Made by a program: the position numbers and the translations under genes. From the NCBI GenBank assembly GCA_963662795.1, contig OY759746.1:352001-416000 (forward strand): a DNA stretch of 64,000 bases, given 5' to 3'. The stretch's first letter is position 1; the number at the start of each line of letters is the position of its first letter. This stretch comes from Spirochaetia bacterium (GTDB lineage: Bacteria > Spirochaetota > Spirochaetia > CADAEX01). The notes under the pieces are model-generated. The model was not told the DNA's origin. It saw only the letters and a list, made by a program, of their open reading frames with translations, and searched no databases. Positions 40,367 to 52,568 of this stretch are shown here, one piece after another.

Positions 40367-42373
40367 ATGGTCAATAATTATTTTCAGGTGATAAAATTGT
40401 TAAGAAATAAATCTCTGATATTTAAGTTAATTTCAGGAGCTATTCTCTCCACAATTATTCCCTTTAGAATATCCGGAATACTTATATATTTTCAGCTTTC
40501 AAACTCACTTATGGACCTTTCCCTGGAAAAATTACTGCATAATGCACAGGATTTATCCCAAATCCTTGATGAAAATCTGAATACATATATAAAAATTGCC
40601 TCGACTGTTGCCACATCACCTGAAATAAGTATTGCAGTTAAGGAAAGGAATTTTAATAAAATGCAGGAGGTATTGGATACTATTCAGGTTAAAATTGAAA
40701 AAGATAATAATTTTATATTATTTTTTTAGATGAAAACGGGATTTCCTGTGCTTCAACTGTATTCAAAAGCAAAATCGGATTGGATCTATCAGACAGGGAA
40801 TGTTTCAAATATACAAAAACGCCGGGAAAAGCAATTGTAGCAGGTCCAGTTATATCACGAGGCTGATCTTCAGCGGGTGGTTTATTGATAATTGTTGCAG
40901 CCTCTGTTAAGGATAATGAGGAATTTTATGGAATGAAATATTTGGGAAGACGGGCATATCTTATCTTATTAATTCGTCCTGATGAAGAGTATAACGATTT
41001 AAATCATCATATTTCTGCTTTTTTTAAAACAGGTGAGATTAAGGGAATAAGGAATACTGTTCAAAAACTGTTTAATTTAACAAAGAGGAAAAATATGGGA
41101 AATTCTGAAAAGGGGAGAATACTGGTCGGGAAAAATAATATTATCATTGAAACTTTAATTGTCCCAATCAAGAACAGCAAGGGAAAAATAGAGAATTATC
41201 TTGAAATAGGATATAATATTACAAATAAAGTAATACTTGAAAAAAGACTGCAGCAATCCCAGAAACTTGAAGCACTGGTAACACTTGCAGGAGGTATAGC
41301 TCATGACTTTACCAATATACTGGGAGAAATCCTTGGCCATACAGAGCTGGCAGTTTTAGATATAAAAAGATGTGGCAGTTCCGAGAAATATCTGAAAGAA
41401 GTGCTTAATGGTATTGAAATGGAGCAAACCCTTGTCAGTCAGATACTTACATTCAGCAGAAAGAATGATGTGGAATTAAGACCTGTAAAACCAGAGTATG
41501 TTATCAAGGAAGCGTTAAAACTGCTGCGCCCGGCAATTTCAGCAATAATAGAAATTAAGACAATAATTGACAGTAATCTGACCACTATTGCCAAACCTAA
41601 ACAGATTCATCAGATAATGATGAATCTGTTTAGAAACGCAGTATACGTAATAGGAAATAAAGCTGGGAAAATCAAACTTGGATTAAACGCCTTTTATGCT
41701 GATGAATTATTACAAATACAAGGATTGGTATAGAATCCGGTAATTATGTAAAGATAAGTATATCTGATACTGATAGAAAATATTTTCAATCCGTTTTAAA
41801 CAACAAAACCTGCGGAGGAAGGAACCGGACTTGGATTCTCAGCGGTCCACGGGATTATTAAACAAATGAAAGGGGAAATAACAGTATATAGCGAGGTTGG
41901 GAGGGGAACTGTATTTAATATCCTTCTGCCCGCTGGCTGAAACTGGCAATATGATAAAACGGAATGGAGAGATAACAAAAGGAAGTGGAGGAATAATACT
42001 GGTAGACTGATGAGACTTCAATTTTATCAGTTATGAAAGCTCTTCTCATCAAACTGGGATAAGATGTTGTGAATACACCAACAGCGAAAAAACATTATCC
42101 ATGTTAACAGAAAAATCTGAATTGTATGACCTGATAATAACTGATTACTCCATGCCGAAATCGTCTGGAATGACATTTATAAAAAATATTAAAGAAAAAA
42201 AGATTAATATTCCTGTAATATTGATGTCCGGACATATTGATATGATTACTGAAACAAAGATCAAGGGATATGGTATCAAGGCAATATTAACAAAACCAAT
42301 AAGTATACATGCATTATCTGACACACTGGACAATATTTCCCTGCATAAGAATACCGCTGACGGTGCCCTATGA
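40367..42373 (+). pseudogene. Degraded Cache/PAS hybrid histidine kinase
   Basis: Fragments across frames: TM/Cache, [23 protein letters not shown] (IITDYSMP); multiple stops. Confidence 0.8.
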
Positions 42374-42398
42374 AACCAAATTCAAGGGTATCTTAATG

Positions 42399-42461
42399 CT
42401 CCAACCATAAAATCTTCTCCACATATCCCTGCTGTGGGTGTAGAATGTCTGATAGTTAAAG
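42399..42461. repeat. attC-like repeat A
   Basis: Shares AAAATCTTCT..CATATC..GTGGGTGTAGAAT with repeat B; AAC...GTT ends. Confidence 0.5.
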
Positions 42462-42564
42462 AGAGTACAACAATCAAGGGTTAAAATTGCAATTTTAACA
42501 TTATATTTTCTCATAGATTCTTTACAACATTGGATAGTGCAAGATAGCAAGGATAAAATATACA

Positions 42565-43053
42565 ATGAATACTAAAGAAAAAATAATTTTCAAAATATTA
42601 AGACATCATTGGATATTAGAACTTATTATTATATTGATATTAAGTGTTATAGTTTTTATATTTGCAGCATATTACGATTTATTGGAGTTGTTAAACGGTT
42701 TTTTAATGCTTTATGAAAACCTTGAGCTTGATGAATACATTTCTGTATCTATTTTTCTGGTTTTTGCACTCGGAATATTTTCAATACGCAGATGGCATGA
42801 TTATTTTAAATTAAGCAGGATATTAACCAATAAGAACAAAGATCTTCAGAGAGCATTATCAGAAATCAGACAGCTACAAGGAATAATCCCTATCTGTGCA
42901 TCTTGTAAAAAGATCAGAAACGATGATGGATATTGGCAGCAGGTTGAAGAATATATTCATGATCATTCAGATGCTCAATTCACTCATGGGCTATGTCCTG
43001 AATGCGAAAAAATTATTTATCCGGATTTATATTTTAATCATGAGAAAGATTAA
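42565..43053 (+). CDS. Membrane protein with C-terminal CxxC...HxxCxxC domain
   Basis: Two TMs, coiled coil, PICASCKKIR...FTHGLCPEC. Confidence 0.8.
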   Translation: MNTKEKIIFKILRHHWILELIIILILSVIVFIFAAYYDLLELLNGFLMLYENLELDEYISVSIFLVFALGIFSIRRWHDYFKLSRILTNKNKDLQRALSEIRQLQGIIPICASCKKIRNDDGYWQQVEEYIHDHSDAQFTHGLCPECEKIIYPDLYFNHEKD

Positions 43054-43106
43054 TGATTTTTATGTATGTAATTATTTTTCCGATAAAAGTCATCTACCCC
43101 TCCTCA

Positions 43107-43165
43107 GTCCAACAAAATCTTCTACCCATATCTCTGCCGTGGGTGTAGAATAACCTGGTTAAGAA
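43107..43165. repeat. attC-like repeat B
   Basis: GTCCAAC (RYYYAAC), internal TTCTAC/GTAGAA hairpin, GTTAAGA. Confidence 0.55.
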
Positions 43166-43202
43166 TAATATTTTTTCCCATTGCTTAAAGAAGGATGAGA
43201 TT

Positions 43203-43883
43203 ATGAAAATAATGTTTTCAAGTGCTGTAAAAAACAAATATCCTGATCTGAAGATTGCTTTATTGAATATTGAAAATATTAAAAATGAGTATATAAATAA
43301 AAACATCGAAATTGAAAGTGAAAACTTGGTTAAGAATTTGGTGGAACGATATTCAAATTATACTCGTCAAGATCTTTTAAAAGATAGTGTTATTGAAGGC
43401 TATTATTCTTATTATAAATATTTTAATAAAACTTATCATGTATTACTTCAATTGGAATCAATTGTTTTCAAAGGGAGAAAAATTCAAAGTTCTACTCCTA
43501 TAGTACATGCCATGTTTATGGCTGAATTAAAAAACAGATATTTGACAGCGGCTCATGACTTGTCAAATATCTATGAACCCATATTGATTGATATTGCAAA
43601 TGGAAATGAAGATTATAAACTTATAGGTAATTCTGTAAAGACATTATTACCCTCTGATATTTATATTAAGGATACCAAAGGGATTATTTCCAGCATAATA
43701 TATGGACCGGATGAAAGAACAAAAATAACCAATGATACAAAAAATGCTTTATTTGCTATATATGCGCCGGCAGTCACAAAAGATGAATTACTAATTAATC
43801 ATCTGGATGATATTGCAAATTATCTGAGAAAAAATAACAATTCTATAATTATAAACGAAAAATTAGTTTTACAGGCAGAGTAA
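43203..43883 (+). CDS. B3/4-domain (PheRS editing-like) protein
   Basis: AHDL, DIYIKD..GII, YGPD.RTKIT..T...LF. Confidence 0.75.
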   Translation: MKIMFSSAVKNKYPDLKIALLNIENIKNEYINKNIEIESENLVKNLVERYSNYTRQDLLKDSVIEGYYSYYKYFNKTYHVLLQLESIVFKGRKIQSSTPIVHAMFMAELKNRYLTAAHDLSNIYEPILIDIANGNEDYKLIGNSVKTLLPSDIYIKDTKGIISSIIYGPDERTKITNDTKNALFAIYAPAVTKDELLINHLDDIANYLRKNNNSIIINEKLVLQAE

Positions 43884-44006
43884 TTACCTGCAACTCAAGA
43901 AAATACACTTTTCATGTTCGTGGTGCTGGTGCAGGATTGAATTGCCAACATATTATTGCGATTAAATATTTCTAAAAATATTTAAAAAGGTTATAATTGG
44001 AAAACA

Positions 44007-44447
44007 ATGAAATATCCGGAACTCACAGTAAGTGCAGTAATTTTTAACAGAAATGATCAAATCTTATTATGCAAATCCCACAAATGGGATAATAAATTTA
44101 TTATCCCTGGTGGGCATGTAGAATATGGTGAAAAACTAGAAGAGGCTTTAAAACGCGAGATACTGGAAGAAACAGGGATTGAAATTCATAGTATTAAACC
44201 AATAGGTCTGAAAGAATGTTTTTATAACAATAAATATTATAAAAACAGACATTTCCTTTTCATGGACTACATCTGTAGAACAGAAACTACAGAAGTTATA
44301 CTTAACGAGGAAGCGGAAGAATTTGCATGGGTTTCATTAAGTGATTTGCATAAATATGAATTAGGCGGATTTACAGAATCTTTACTCAATAAACTGAAAA
44401 CAAATGGAAATAATCAAGACAAAGTAGATATATATTACAATTATTAG
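44007..44447 (+). CDS. NUDIX hydrolase
   Basis: PGG.VEYGE.LEEALKREILEETG Nudix box. Confidence 0.92.
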   Translation: MKYPELTVSAVIFNRNDQILLCKSHKWDNKFIIPGGHVEYGEKLEEALKREILEETGIEIHSIKPIGLKECFYNNKYYKNRHFLFMDYICRTETTEVILNEEAEEFAWVSLSDLHKYELGGFTESLLNKLKTNGNNQDKVDIYYNY

Positions 44448-44531
44448 GACTTTATTGCTATCGCTGGATGTTAATAGTGTTAACATAACAGATATTACTA
44501 AAGAGACTACATAAAGGTAGAGGGGGGAATA

Positions 44532-45498
44532 GACTCTGTAATTAAAACTGTGTAACTGCAAAATTCTAAATAGCCTCAATGCAGAACTGGATAACCACTT
44601 AGGTTACGAGAAGCATTCAAGCCAGGACCGCAATAAACTGAACAGCCGTAATGGTGGCCGTACAGGCAAAAAAGTAATAACCGATGCGGTTCTTGAGGAA
44701 GTTGAGCAGCGGCAAAACCGTCCACTAGAGAGTGTCTATCCGATAATTTACCTTGATTGCATTGTCGTAAAGGTGCATCAGGATAAAAGAGTAATCAACA
44801 AGGCTGTTTATCTAGCCCTGGGTGTTACCACAGAAGGAATTAAGGAACTTTTGGGACTCTGGATATCAGAAAACGAAGGAGTGAAGTTCTGGCTTTCTAT
44901 ACTAACGGAACTTCACTCCCAGAGGTGTAAAAGATATCTTCATTGCAAGTGAGGATGGACTTACAGGCTTCCCTGAAGAGATAAATACAGTATTTCCCAA
45001 AACAAAAATCTGATTATGCATTTGTACACATGGTAAGGAACTCTTTGAAATACGTTTCCTATAAAGACTGTAAAGAACTGGCTGGGGATTTGAAAAGAAT
45101 CTACTCTTCAATAACCCTTGATGAAGCAGAAAGGGAATTAGTGATATTTTCAGATAAGTGGGACAGTCAATATGCATCGATCAGCAGAATGTGGGGAAAA
45201 GCTGGGAAAACCTGATAACAATCTTTGATTATCCTGATGAAATCCGTAAAATAATTTATACTACAAATGCAATTGAATCTTTAAACAGTGTAATTCGAAA
45301 AGCCATAAAAAATCGCAGGATATTTCCCAATGACAAATCGGCATTTAAAATCATATACCTGGCTGTAAAGCAGGCTTCAAAGAAATGGAGCATGCCTCTC
45401 CGTGAGTGAAAACCAGCTGTGAACCTATTTTTATTGGAATATGGAGAGCGGTTTTCTGATGAATAAAAAGTCAGTTACACAGAATTCTTTACAGGCTC
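44532..45498 (+). mobile_element. Internally deleted IS256-family element
   Basis: 26-bp imperfect IRs ending CTGTGTAACT; Tpase fragments YPIIYLD, IYTTNAIESLN; stops and frameshifts. Confidence 0.85.
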
Positions 45499-45501
45499 CA
45501 T

Positions 45502-48018
45502 TTATTCTGGATTTTTATTATCAAAAATTAATCTTATTTTATGATTTAATTCTTTTATATCTACCGGTTTCATTAAAAAAGCATTAATACCTTCAGCGTC
45601 TGCGATATTATTATTAATTTTTGTACTATAACCAGAAATAAGGATTACTGGAATTGATGGCCTTATAGACCTAATCTCTTTTGAAAGACTTAATCCAGTC
45701 ATCATAGGCATCGTTTGGTCCGTAATAATAATATCAAAATAATCAGGTTTGTTTCGAAATAACTCAACCGCTTCATTGCTATCTGTTTTACCTGTTACGT
45801 TATAACCAAGTTTTTCCAGGCGAAGTTTTAGCATATTGACTAATAGCGGCTCATCATCAATTAATAATATTTTTTCATTTCCATTATTAATTACATCAAT
45901 ATTATTTTCAATTTTTGAAGTGGTTAAACTATCTTTCTTTTGAAAATATACCTCAAAAATTGTACCCTCACCTAATATACTTTTAACTTTAATCATACCA
46001 CCATGTTGTTTGATTATATTGTGAACAATTGATAATCCTATTCCAGAACCTTTACCGACTTCCTTTGTTGTAAAATATGGATTAAATATTTGATCTTGAA
46101 TTTCTGAGGAAATCCCTGTGCCTGTGTCTCGTATATTGAGCAATATATAATCCCCCGGTAATAACTCTGGTTCGCTTAAAAGATCCTTATAATCAAGATT
46201 GACTTTAGACAATTCAATCGTTAAAACACCTCCGTTTTCCTCCATTGCATCTGCGGCATTTGTACATAAGTTGACTAATACTTGATCTATTTGAGTTACA
46301 TCAGACATTATTAAACCACAGTTTGGATCAATATTATATCGTATCTCTATAGACGAAGGGATTATTGCTCTTAAAAGCTTAATAAAATTATTAGTAACAA
46401 GACTAATATCAACAGGTTGTCTGTTTGATTTGTCTTTACGGCTGAAGGATAGTATTTGCTTTACTAGCTCTTTTGCTCGGAGGCCGGCACTTAACACCTG
46501 TTCCTGTAGATGTATTAAATTTTCTTGATCTTTACTTTCGGCAATTGCGATTTCTGTATATCCAATTATTACAGAAAGTATGTTGTTGAAATCATGAGCA
46601 ATTCCACCGGCAAGAGTTCCTATAGCTTCTAGTTTTTGTGAATGCTTTAATGCATCTTCCAGTCTGATTCGTTCTTCTTCTGCTTGTTTTCTTTCAGTAA
46701 TATCGCGGGCAATTCCCAAGACACTTGTTAGTTTATTTTTTTTATCATAAATTGGTGTTTTTATTGTCTCAATATACTCAGTGTGTCCATCTTCAGCAAA
46801 AGTAATTTCTTCTTCATTATTACTAGGATATCCAGTTTCTAGAGTAATTTTATCATACTTTCTGAAAAGGTTAGCTAGTTTTTCAGGAAATAAATCGTAA
46901 TCAGTTTTTCCTATTAATTCGCTTTCAGGTATTCCTACCAATTTTTCAAATCTCTTATTGCAACCCATGTAAACCCCTTCCGGGTTCTTAATCCAAATGA
47001 GATCCGGAATGGAATTAATTAATGATGATAAACGTGATTCTCTGTCTTCAAGAATTTCCTGTACTTTCTTATGCTCAAGAATTTCCTTTTTAAGATCCAT
47101 GGTTTTTTTATCAATTATTCTCTTGAGTTGTTGATTTAAAAATAATGATGCTAATAGAATAGTGATAATAATACCTATAATACTAAACATTATTTTTATT
47201 CGTCTTTGTAATTTAACGGTAGGTTCATATTTGATATGAATCCATTTGTTTATTATTGTCTGTCTTTCTTTGTCTGTAATTGCTGTAATACCTTTATCCA
47301 AAATGCTAACAAGCTCCGGCCAATCCGATCTGACTGCAAAGCCTGATACATTCGAAGGTTTAATCTCAGATGCAATTTTTAAATTTACTATTTTATTTTG
47401 TTCAATATAATAACTGGTAGTAGCCAAATCTCCGATAAATGCATCAATTTTGCCGAATGATACTTCTCTTAAACCGGTACTTATGTCATTAGCCAGCTCA
47501 ATTATAATTTCTGGATTTTGATTTCGTATAATATCTATATAACCATAACCAGCAACCATTGAAACGGTTTTACCTTTAAGATCTGATAATGTTAAATTTA
47601 CTCCTGAGGATTCTCTTACTATGATAACTGATGGAATGCTAAGATAAGGTGTTGTAAAAGTTAAAAATTTTTCGCGATGAGATGTTTTTACAACTGCATT
47701 TAGCATATCAACTTCACCGCTTTCAGTTTTTTGTATTACTTCAACCCAGTCTTCACATTTTATAATTTGAAAGTTCAGTCCCAACTTATTTGAGATTAAT
47801 CTTGCATAATCGGCTGCCAGCCCCTTATATATACCATTTTCATCGAAAAATTCTATTGGCTGAAAATTCGGATCAGGAGCCAGTTTTATGGTTTTGTGAT
47901 CTTTTAACCATAATTGTTCAGAATATGTTAGACTGACTGACTGACTATAAAGAAATTGGATATGAAAGAATGTAGAATAAAATAATAATACTATAAACCA
48001 AATAAAAGGTTTTAACAT
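45502..48018 (-). CDS. PBPb-PAS hybrid sensor histidine kinase
   Basis: Periplasmic binding domain, TM, PAS, AGGIAHDFNN, REC. Confidence 0.93.
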   Translation of the reverse strand: MLKPFIWFIVLLFYSTFFHIQFLYSQSVSLTYSEQLWLKDHKTIKLAPDPNFQPIEFFDENGIYKGLAADYARLISNKLGLNFQIIKCEDWVEVIQKTESGEVDMLNAVVKTSHREKFLTFTTPYLSIPSVIIVRESSGVNLTLSDLKGKTVSMVAGYGYIDIIRNQNPEIIIELANDISTGLREVSFGKIDAFIGDLATTSYYIEQNKIVNLKIASEIKPSNVSGFAVRSDWPELVSILDKGITAITDKERQTIINKWIHIKYEPTVKLQRRIKIMFSIIGIIITILLASLFLNQQLKRIIDKKTMDLKKEILEHKKVQEILEDRESRLSSLINSIPDLIWIKNPEGVYMGCNKRFEKLVGIPESELIGKTDYDLFPEKLANLFRKYDKITLETGYPSNNEEEITFAEDGHTEYIETIKTPIYDKKNKLTSVLGIARDITERKQAEEERIRLEDALKHSQKLEAIGTLAGGIAHDFNNILSVIIGYTEIAIAESKDQENLIHLQEQVLSAGLRAKELVKQILSFSRKDKSNRQPVDISLVTNNFIKLLRAIIPSSIEIRYNIDPNCGLIMSDVTQIDQVLVNLCTNAADAMEENGGVLTIELSKVNLDYKDLLSEPELLPGDYILLNIRDTGTGISSEIQDQIFNPYFTTKEVGKGSGIGLSIVHNIIKQHGGMIKVKSILGEGTIFEVYFQKKDSLTTSKIENNIDVINNGNEKILLIDDEPLLVNMLKLRLEKLGYNVTGKTDSNEAVELFRNKPDYFDIIITDQTMPMMTGLSLSKEIRSIRPSIPVILISGYSTKINNNIADAEGINAFLMKPVDIKELNHKIRLIFDNKNPE

Positions 48019-48075
48019 TTTAATTACAACTACCTTTACTCAAGTATAATGAAATATTTTGATTAAGTCATTGTT

Positions 48076-49830
48076 GAGGCTGTAGATAAAGTGTAAATTT
48101 TCAACAATTGCTTTATATCCAGATATTCCCATGATAAAATTCTATCAGACTGGGAGATTACAAAAGGGGTAAATACAAAGAGTATTCTTATGAACAAAAA
48201 GTGCTGCTGCCGATAGATTTTTCCGAGCAGGTTCTTCCCGGAACCTTTGAACACACACTCAATTTTCTCATTGACCGGGGAATTGATTTAACCATGTTTT
48301 ATGAAAAACATAAAAATGATGAAAATGGAGCTCCCGCCTACGATCCGGCGATCTTACTGAAGATAATTCTTTTTGCTTATTCACGGGGAATTATTTCCAG
48401 CAGAAGAATTGCCCGATTATGTCGGGAAAATGTCGTTTGCATGTCCCTCTCCGCAGAACCCGGCCGCACTTTAGCACCATAGCTGATTTTATTTCTACGA
48501 TGGATAAAGAAATCGCTCCCCTGTTTACCCGGATTCTCTCGGTCTGTTACGCCAATAACGTCATCGATAAAAACATGTTTGCCATCGACGGCTGCAAGAT
48601 TTCTTCCAATTGCTCAAAGGAATGGAGCGGAACGAAAAAAGAACTGCTAAAAAAAGCGGGAAAGATAGAGGAATCTATCAAATACCTGTTGGAAAAACAT
48701 AAACAGGAAGATAAAAGCCGGTATAGTCAAAGTCAGGAAGAGAAAGAAAAGGCTTCGATAGAGAAACTGAAAGCTAAATCCCAAAAGATCCATGACTGAC
48801 TGAACTCAAATGACGATAGAATGGGAAGCCAGGGGAAACCAATAAAAAGCAATATTACCGACAATGAAAGCGCGAAGATGTCCACCTCCCATGGAGTTAT
48901 CCAGGGTTATAACGGAATTGCGGCGGTTGATGAAAAGAACCAATTAATCGTTTGGGCGGAAGCATTTGGCGACAGCAATGAATCCAAACATTTCCCCGAG
49001 ATTCTGGATGGAATAAAAAACAATTTTAAATCGATTCAGGCATCGGAAGATATCTTGAAAGAAACAGTGATTACCGCCGACAGCGGTTTTCATAATGATA
49101 ATAATATGAAGCTGATTGTGGAAAATAACCTGACAGCCTTTGTCGCGGACAACCAGTTTCGAAAGAGGGATGTGAGATTTGCATCAGCCCAGAAACATAA
49201 ACAAAAACCTGTCACGAATTGGGAACCTGCCAAAGGGAAAAAATATTACTCAGTAGATGATTTTATCTATGATGAAAATACAAAGAAATTAATGTGCCCA
49301 GCTGGTTTCGAAATGAAACTGAAGTGCAGGAACTTTCAAAGCTCTGGCTATAGTGGAACATCCTACATAGGGAGAAAGGAAAACTGCTTAACCTGTCCGC
49401 TAAGAAAGAAGTGTATACGTAAAGAGAGCACGGAAGTCAGACAGGTGACCAGGTTTGATAGTAGTCGGGGAAAAGAAAAGGTCTCATTTACAGAACGAAT
49501 GAGGAGAGTCTTTGACGCGCCTGAAGGTCGGAGTATCTACAGTAAAAGAATGGGTACTGTAGAACCGGTGTTTGGAAATATCCGATCGACACTGGGGTTA
49601 AATTATTTTACACTGCGAAGTAAGAATAAGGTAAATGTTCAATGGTTGCTTTTCTGTATTGTGCATAACATTGGAAAAATACAGAGGTATGCGGAAGCAT
49701 AGGGGAAAATAGAGGATGAAATGAATCAGGGATTACATTTTGACCTCACAAGACAATCTTATGGACTTTATGATCTTGTAGAATGGGAGAAGTAAATGAA
49801 GATTGAAAATCGGGGTTTTTCTACAGCCTC
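48076..49830 (+). mobile_element. IS1182-family element with disrupted transposase
   Basis: IR GAGGCTGTAGA(T/A)AAA; GTT duplicated on the flanks; GAPAYDP..LLK, QGYN, R...VEPVFG; frameshift ~48465, TGA 48797, start apparently ATG>AGG. Confidence 0.9.
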
Positions 49831-50095
49831 GTTATGTAAAGTAAATGAATCGGTTGTTCGTTTAGGTATTGTCAAAGGTGAATATCATTGGCATAAGCAT
49901 GATGAAGAAGATGAATTTTTCTTTACACTAAATGGTGAGTTGTTGCTCGATATTGAGGATAAAGAAACTGTTACACTTAAACAATATCAAGGGTATGTCG
50001 TTCCTAAAGGAATTGTGCATAAAACACGTGCACAAGAAAAAACTGTAATATTAATGATTGAGACATCTGGCATTATTCCGACTGGTGATGAATAA
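49831..50095 (+). pseudogene. 5'-truncated cupin-domain gene
   Basis: LCKVNESVVRLG...WHKH..EDEFF...PKGIVH; the predicted N-terminus (49796) is IS sequence. Confidence 0.75.
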
Positions 50096-50167
50096 TTTGC
50101 ATATCCACTGACTGTATTAGTAGAGTAATTACTTGGCCAATTGCCTTTCTCCCTAACGAAGATAAAA

Positions 50168-50217
50168 AAACCACTTCTCCAGACATGGAATCAAGTGCAG
50201 AATTACCTGGTTAAGAA
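50168..50217. repeat. attC-like repeat C (degenerate)
   Basis: CTTCTCCA...GTGCAGAATTACCTGGTTAAGAA resembles the end of repeat B. Confidence 0.4.
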
Positions 50218-50500
50218 GTTCTTCATCCTTAATAACTTCAAAATATTTGTTATCCCGGTCTCCAACTAACAAGTAAATATTTTAATGTAAAAAAATAGAC
50301 ATCTCATCCTGCTTGAATATAGAGACATTCAGACTCCGTGAGTACTTTTCACACAAAATATGCCAAATTCAAATATTTTACCGGTTCTATAATAATATTT
50401 TTATTCATTATCACCGCTTTTAATAAACAAAAAAGTAAATAAGATATCAGAATAAATAAAAAAAATTCTTGTACTTATATATTTATATATTAAAATTAAA

Positions 50501-52567
50501 TTGATGAATAACAATGTTAAATCTTTATTCTTAATAAATATTATTTCATCTGAATTTATATTTATTTTATTGTTTCTGTTTTTTCAATCATATATATATG
50601 CAGAAACTGACAATAAAATTATTAAAGTCGGTGTTTATGATAATGAACCCAAGGTTTTTTTATCTTCTTCAGGCGAACCTGCAGGACTATTTATTGATAT
50701 AATTGAATATATTGCAAATAAAGAAGGATGGAAAATAAATTATGTCCCCGGAACATGGGGGGATGGGCTTAATCGTCTGAAAAATGGTGAGATTGATCTT
50801 ATGCCAGATGTGGCATATACAGCAGAACGTGAAAAATTATTCAGTTTTCATAAAGTTCCTGTCCTTTCATCATGGTTTCAAGTATATGCTCGTAAAGGAA
50901 GCGACATACAATCAATACTTGATCTAGATAATAAAAAAATATCAGTTCTTGAGAGGTCCATACAAGCAGAATCATTTTCTCATTTGGCTAATGATTTTGG
51001 ATTGAATTTAACTTTAATAACGCTGCCTGATTATAAAAGTTGTTTTGAAGTAGTTGCCAAGGGAGAAGCAGATGCGGTTATTACCAACAGATTTTACGGA
51101 ATAGTACATGCTGAAAGATATCGACTTGAAAATACTGCCGTTATTTTTAATCCTTCCACACTTTTTTTTGCGGCTCCTGGCAATTCAGATAAAGAATTAT
51201 TGAACACTATCGACAGTTATTTAAATAAACTAAAAAAAGACACTAATTCTGTCTATTACAGCTCACTCAAACGATGGATTTCTGAAGATATAAAATATCA
51301 GATTCCGGAACCGATTAAAATAATAAGTATTCTATTGATTTTTTTACTTAGCATAAGTCTCTTGGGAATTTTTTTATTTAAACATCAGTTAAAAATCCAA
51401 ACAGCGGAGCTTTCAAAACATAATGATCAAATGTTAATTATTGAAAAAACACTCAGGACAACAACTACACAGCTTGAATTAAATGTAATTTTGAATAACT
51501 TCCTGCAGGGAGTACTGGAACTATCCTGCTATCAAAGCGGGATGATAAATCTAATAGATCCGGATACTGGAAATTTAGTTAGAGCTGCATCGTTAAACAT
51601 GACAGATAAAGAATCTTTCAATAACAATATATCATTTGAATTAATAGTAAATAGTGTTCAGCTAGGTGTATTGTTTCTTTTCTCAGAAATGAAACTAGAA
51701 CTTGATTATTATACAACGGAGCAAATAAACAATCTCTGCTCAACAATATCACTTTCAATATTAAATGCAAGACTATACAGAAAAATTTTAAATCACGAAA
51801 CTAAACTTAAATCTCAGGTAAAAGAAAGGACTGCAGAATTAAAAAAGGCAATGGAGGAAGCAAAAGCTGCAGATAAGATTAAATCGGCATTTCTTGCCAC
51901 TATGTCACACGAACTCAGAACACCACTTAATTCAATTATAGGATTCACAGGAATAATGCTTCAAGAAATACCGGGACCATTGAATGAAGAACAGGAAAAA
52001 CAGATGTCAATGGTTCAGGTAAGTGCACGACATTTGCTTGCGCTTATCAATGATGTGCTTGATATTTCTAAAATTGAAGCAGGACAGTTAGCCCTATCAA
52101 TTTCAATTTTTGACGTAAAATCTTCAATAGAAAAAGTTATAAATATGATTTTACCACAAATTCAGAAAAAAGGTCTTGAACTCCGAATTGATATTTCTGA
52201 TGACGTAAAAACTTCACTAACCGATTCGCGAAGATTTGAACAGATTATTCTTAATCTTTTAACTAATGCAGTAAAATTTACAGAAAAGGGATTTATATCT
52301 CTTACCTGTCGTAGTGAAAAGAATCATTATTTTCTTTCAGTTTCAGATTCCGGTATTGGAATTGATTCGAAAAATATTTCAGGGTTATTTAAGCCATTTC
52401 ATCAGGTTGATACCGGTCTCACCCGTAAACATGAGGGAACAGGTCTTGGTTTGTCAATATGCAAAAAACTTTTAGATCTTATGAACGGGAGTATAGATAT
52501 TAAAAGTGAATCAGGCAGAGGAAGTACTTTTTCTATCCGTTTTCCCGGGACAAATGGAGTTTTGTAA
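50501..52567 (+). CDS. PBPb-(GAF-like) sensor histidine kinase
   Basis: FLATMSHELRTPLN, NAVKFT, GTGLGL. Confidence 0.92.
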   Translation: MMNNNVKSLFLINIISSEFIFILLFLFFQSYIYAETDNKIIKVGVYDNEPKVFLSSSGEPAGLFIDIIEYIANKEGWKINYVPGTWGDGLNRLKNGEIDLMPDVAYTAEREKLFSFHKVPVLSSWFQVYARKGSDIQSILDLDNKKISVLERSIQAESFSHLANDFGLNLTLITLPDYKSCFEVVAKGEADAVITNRFYGIVHAERYRLENTAVIFNPSTLFFAAPGNSDKELLNTIDSYLNKLKKDTNSVYYSSLKRWISEDIKYQIPEPIKIISILLIFLLSISLLGIFLFKHQLKIQTAELSKHNDQMLIIEKTLRTTTTQLELNVILNNFLQGVLELSCYQSGMINLIDPDTGNLVRAASLNMTDKESFNNNISFELIVNSVQLGVLFLFSEMKLELDYYTTEQINNLCSTISLSILNARLYRKILNHETKLKSQVKERTAELKKAMEEAKAADKIKSAFLATMSHELRTPLNSIIGFTGIMLQEIPGPLNEEQEKQMSMVQVSARHLLALINDVLDISKIEAGQLALSISIFDVKSSIEKVINMILPQIQKKGLELRIDISDDVKTSLTDSRRFEQIILNLLTNAVKFTEKGFISLTCRSEKNHYFLSVSDSGIGIDSKNISGLFKPFHQVDTGLTRKHEGTGLGLSICKKLLDLMNGSIDIKSESGRGSTFSIRFPGTNGVL

Positions 52568-52568
52568 A

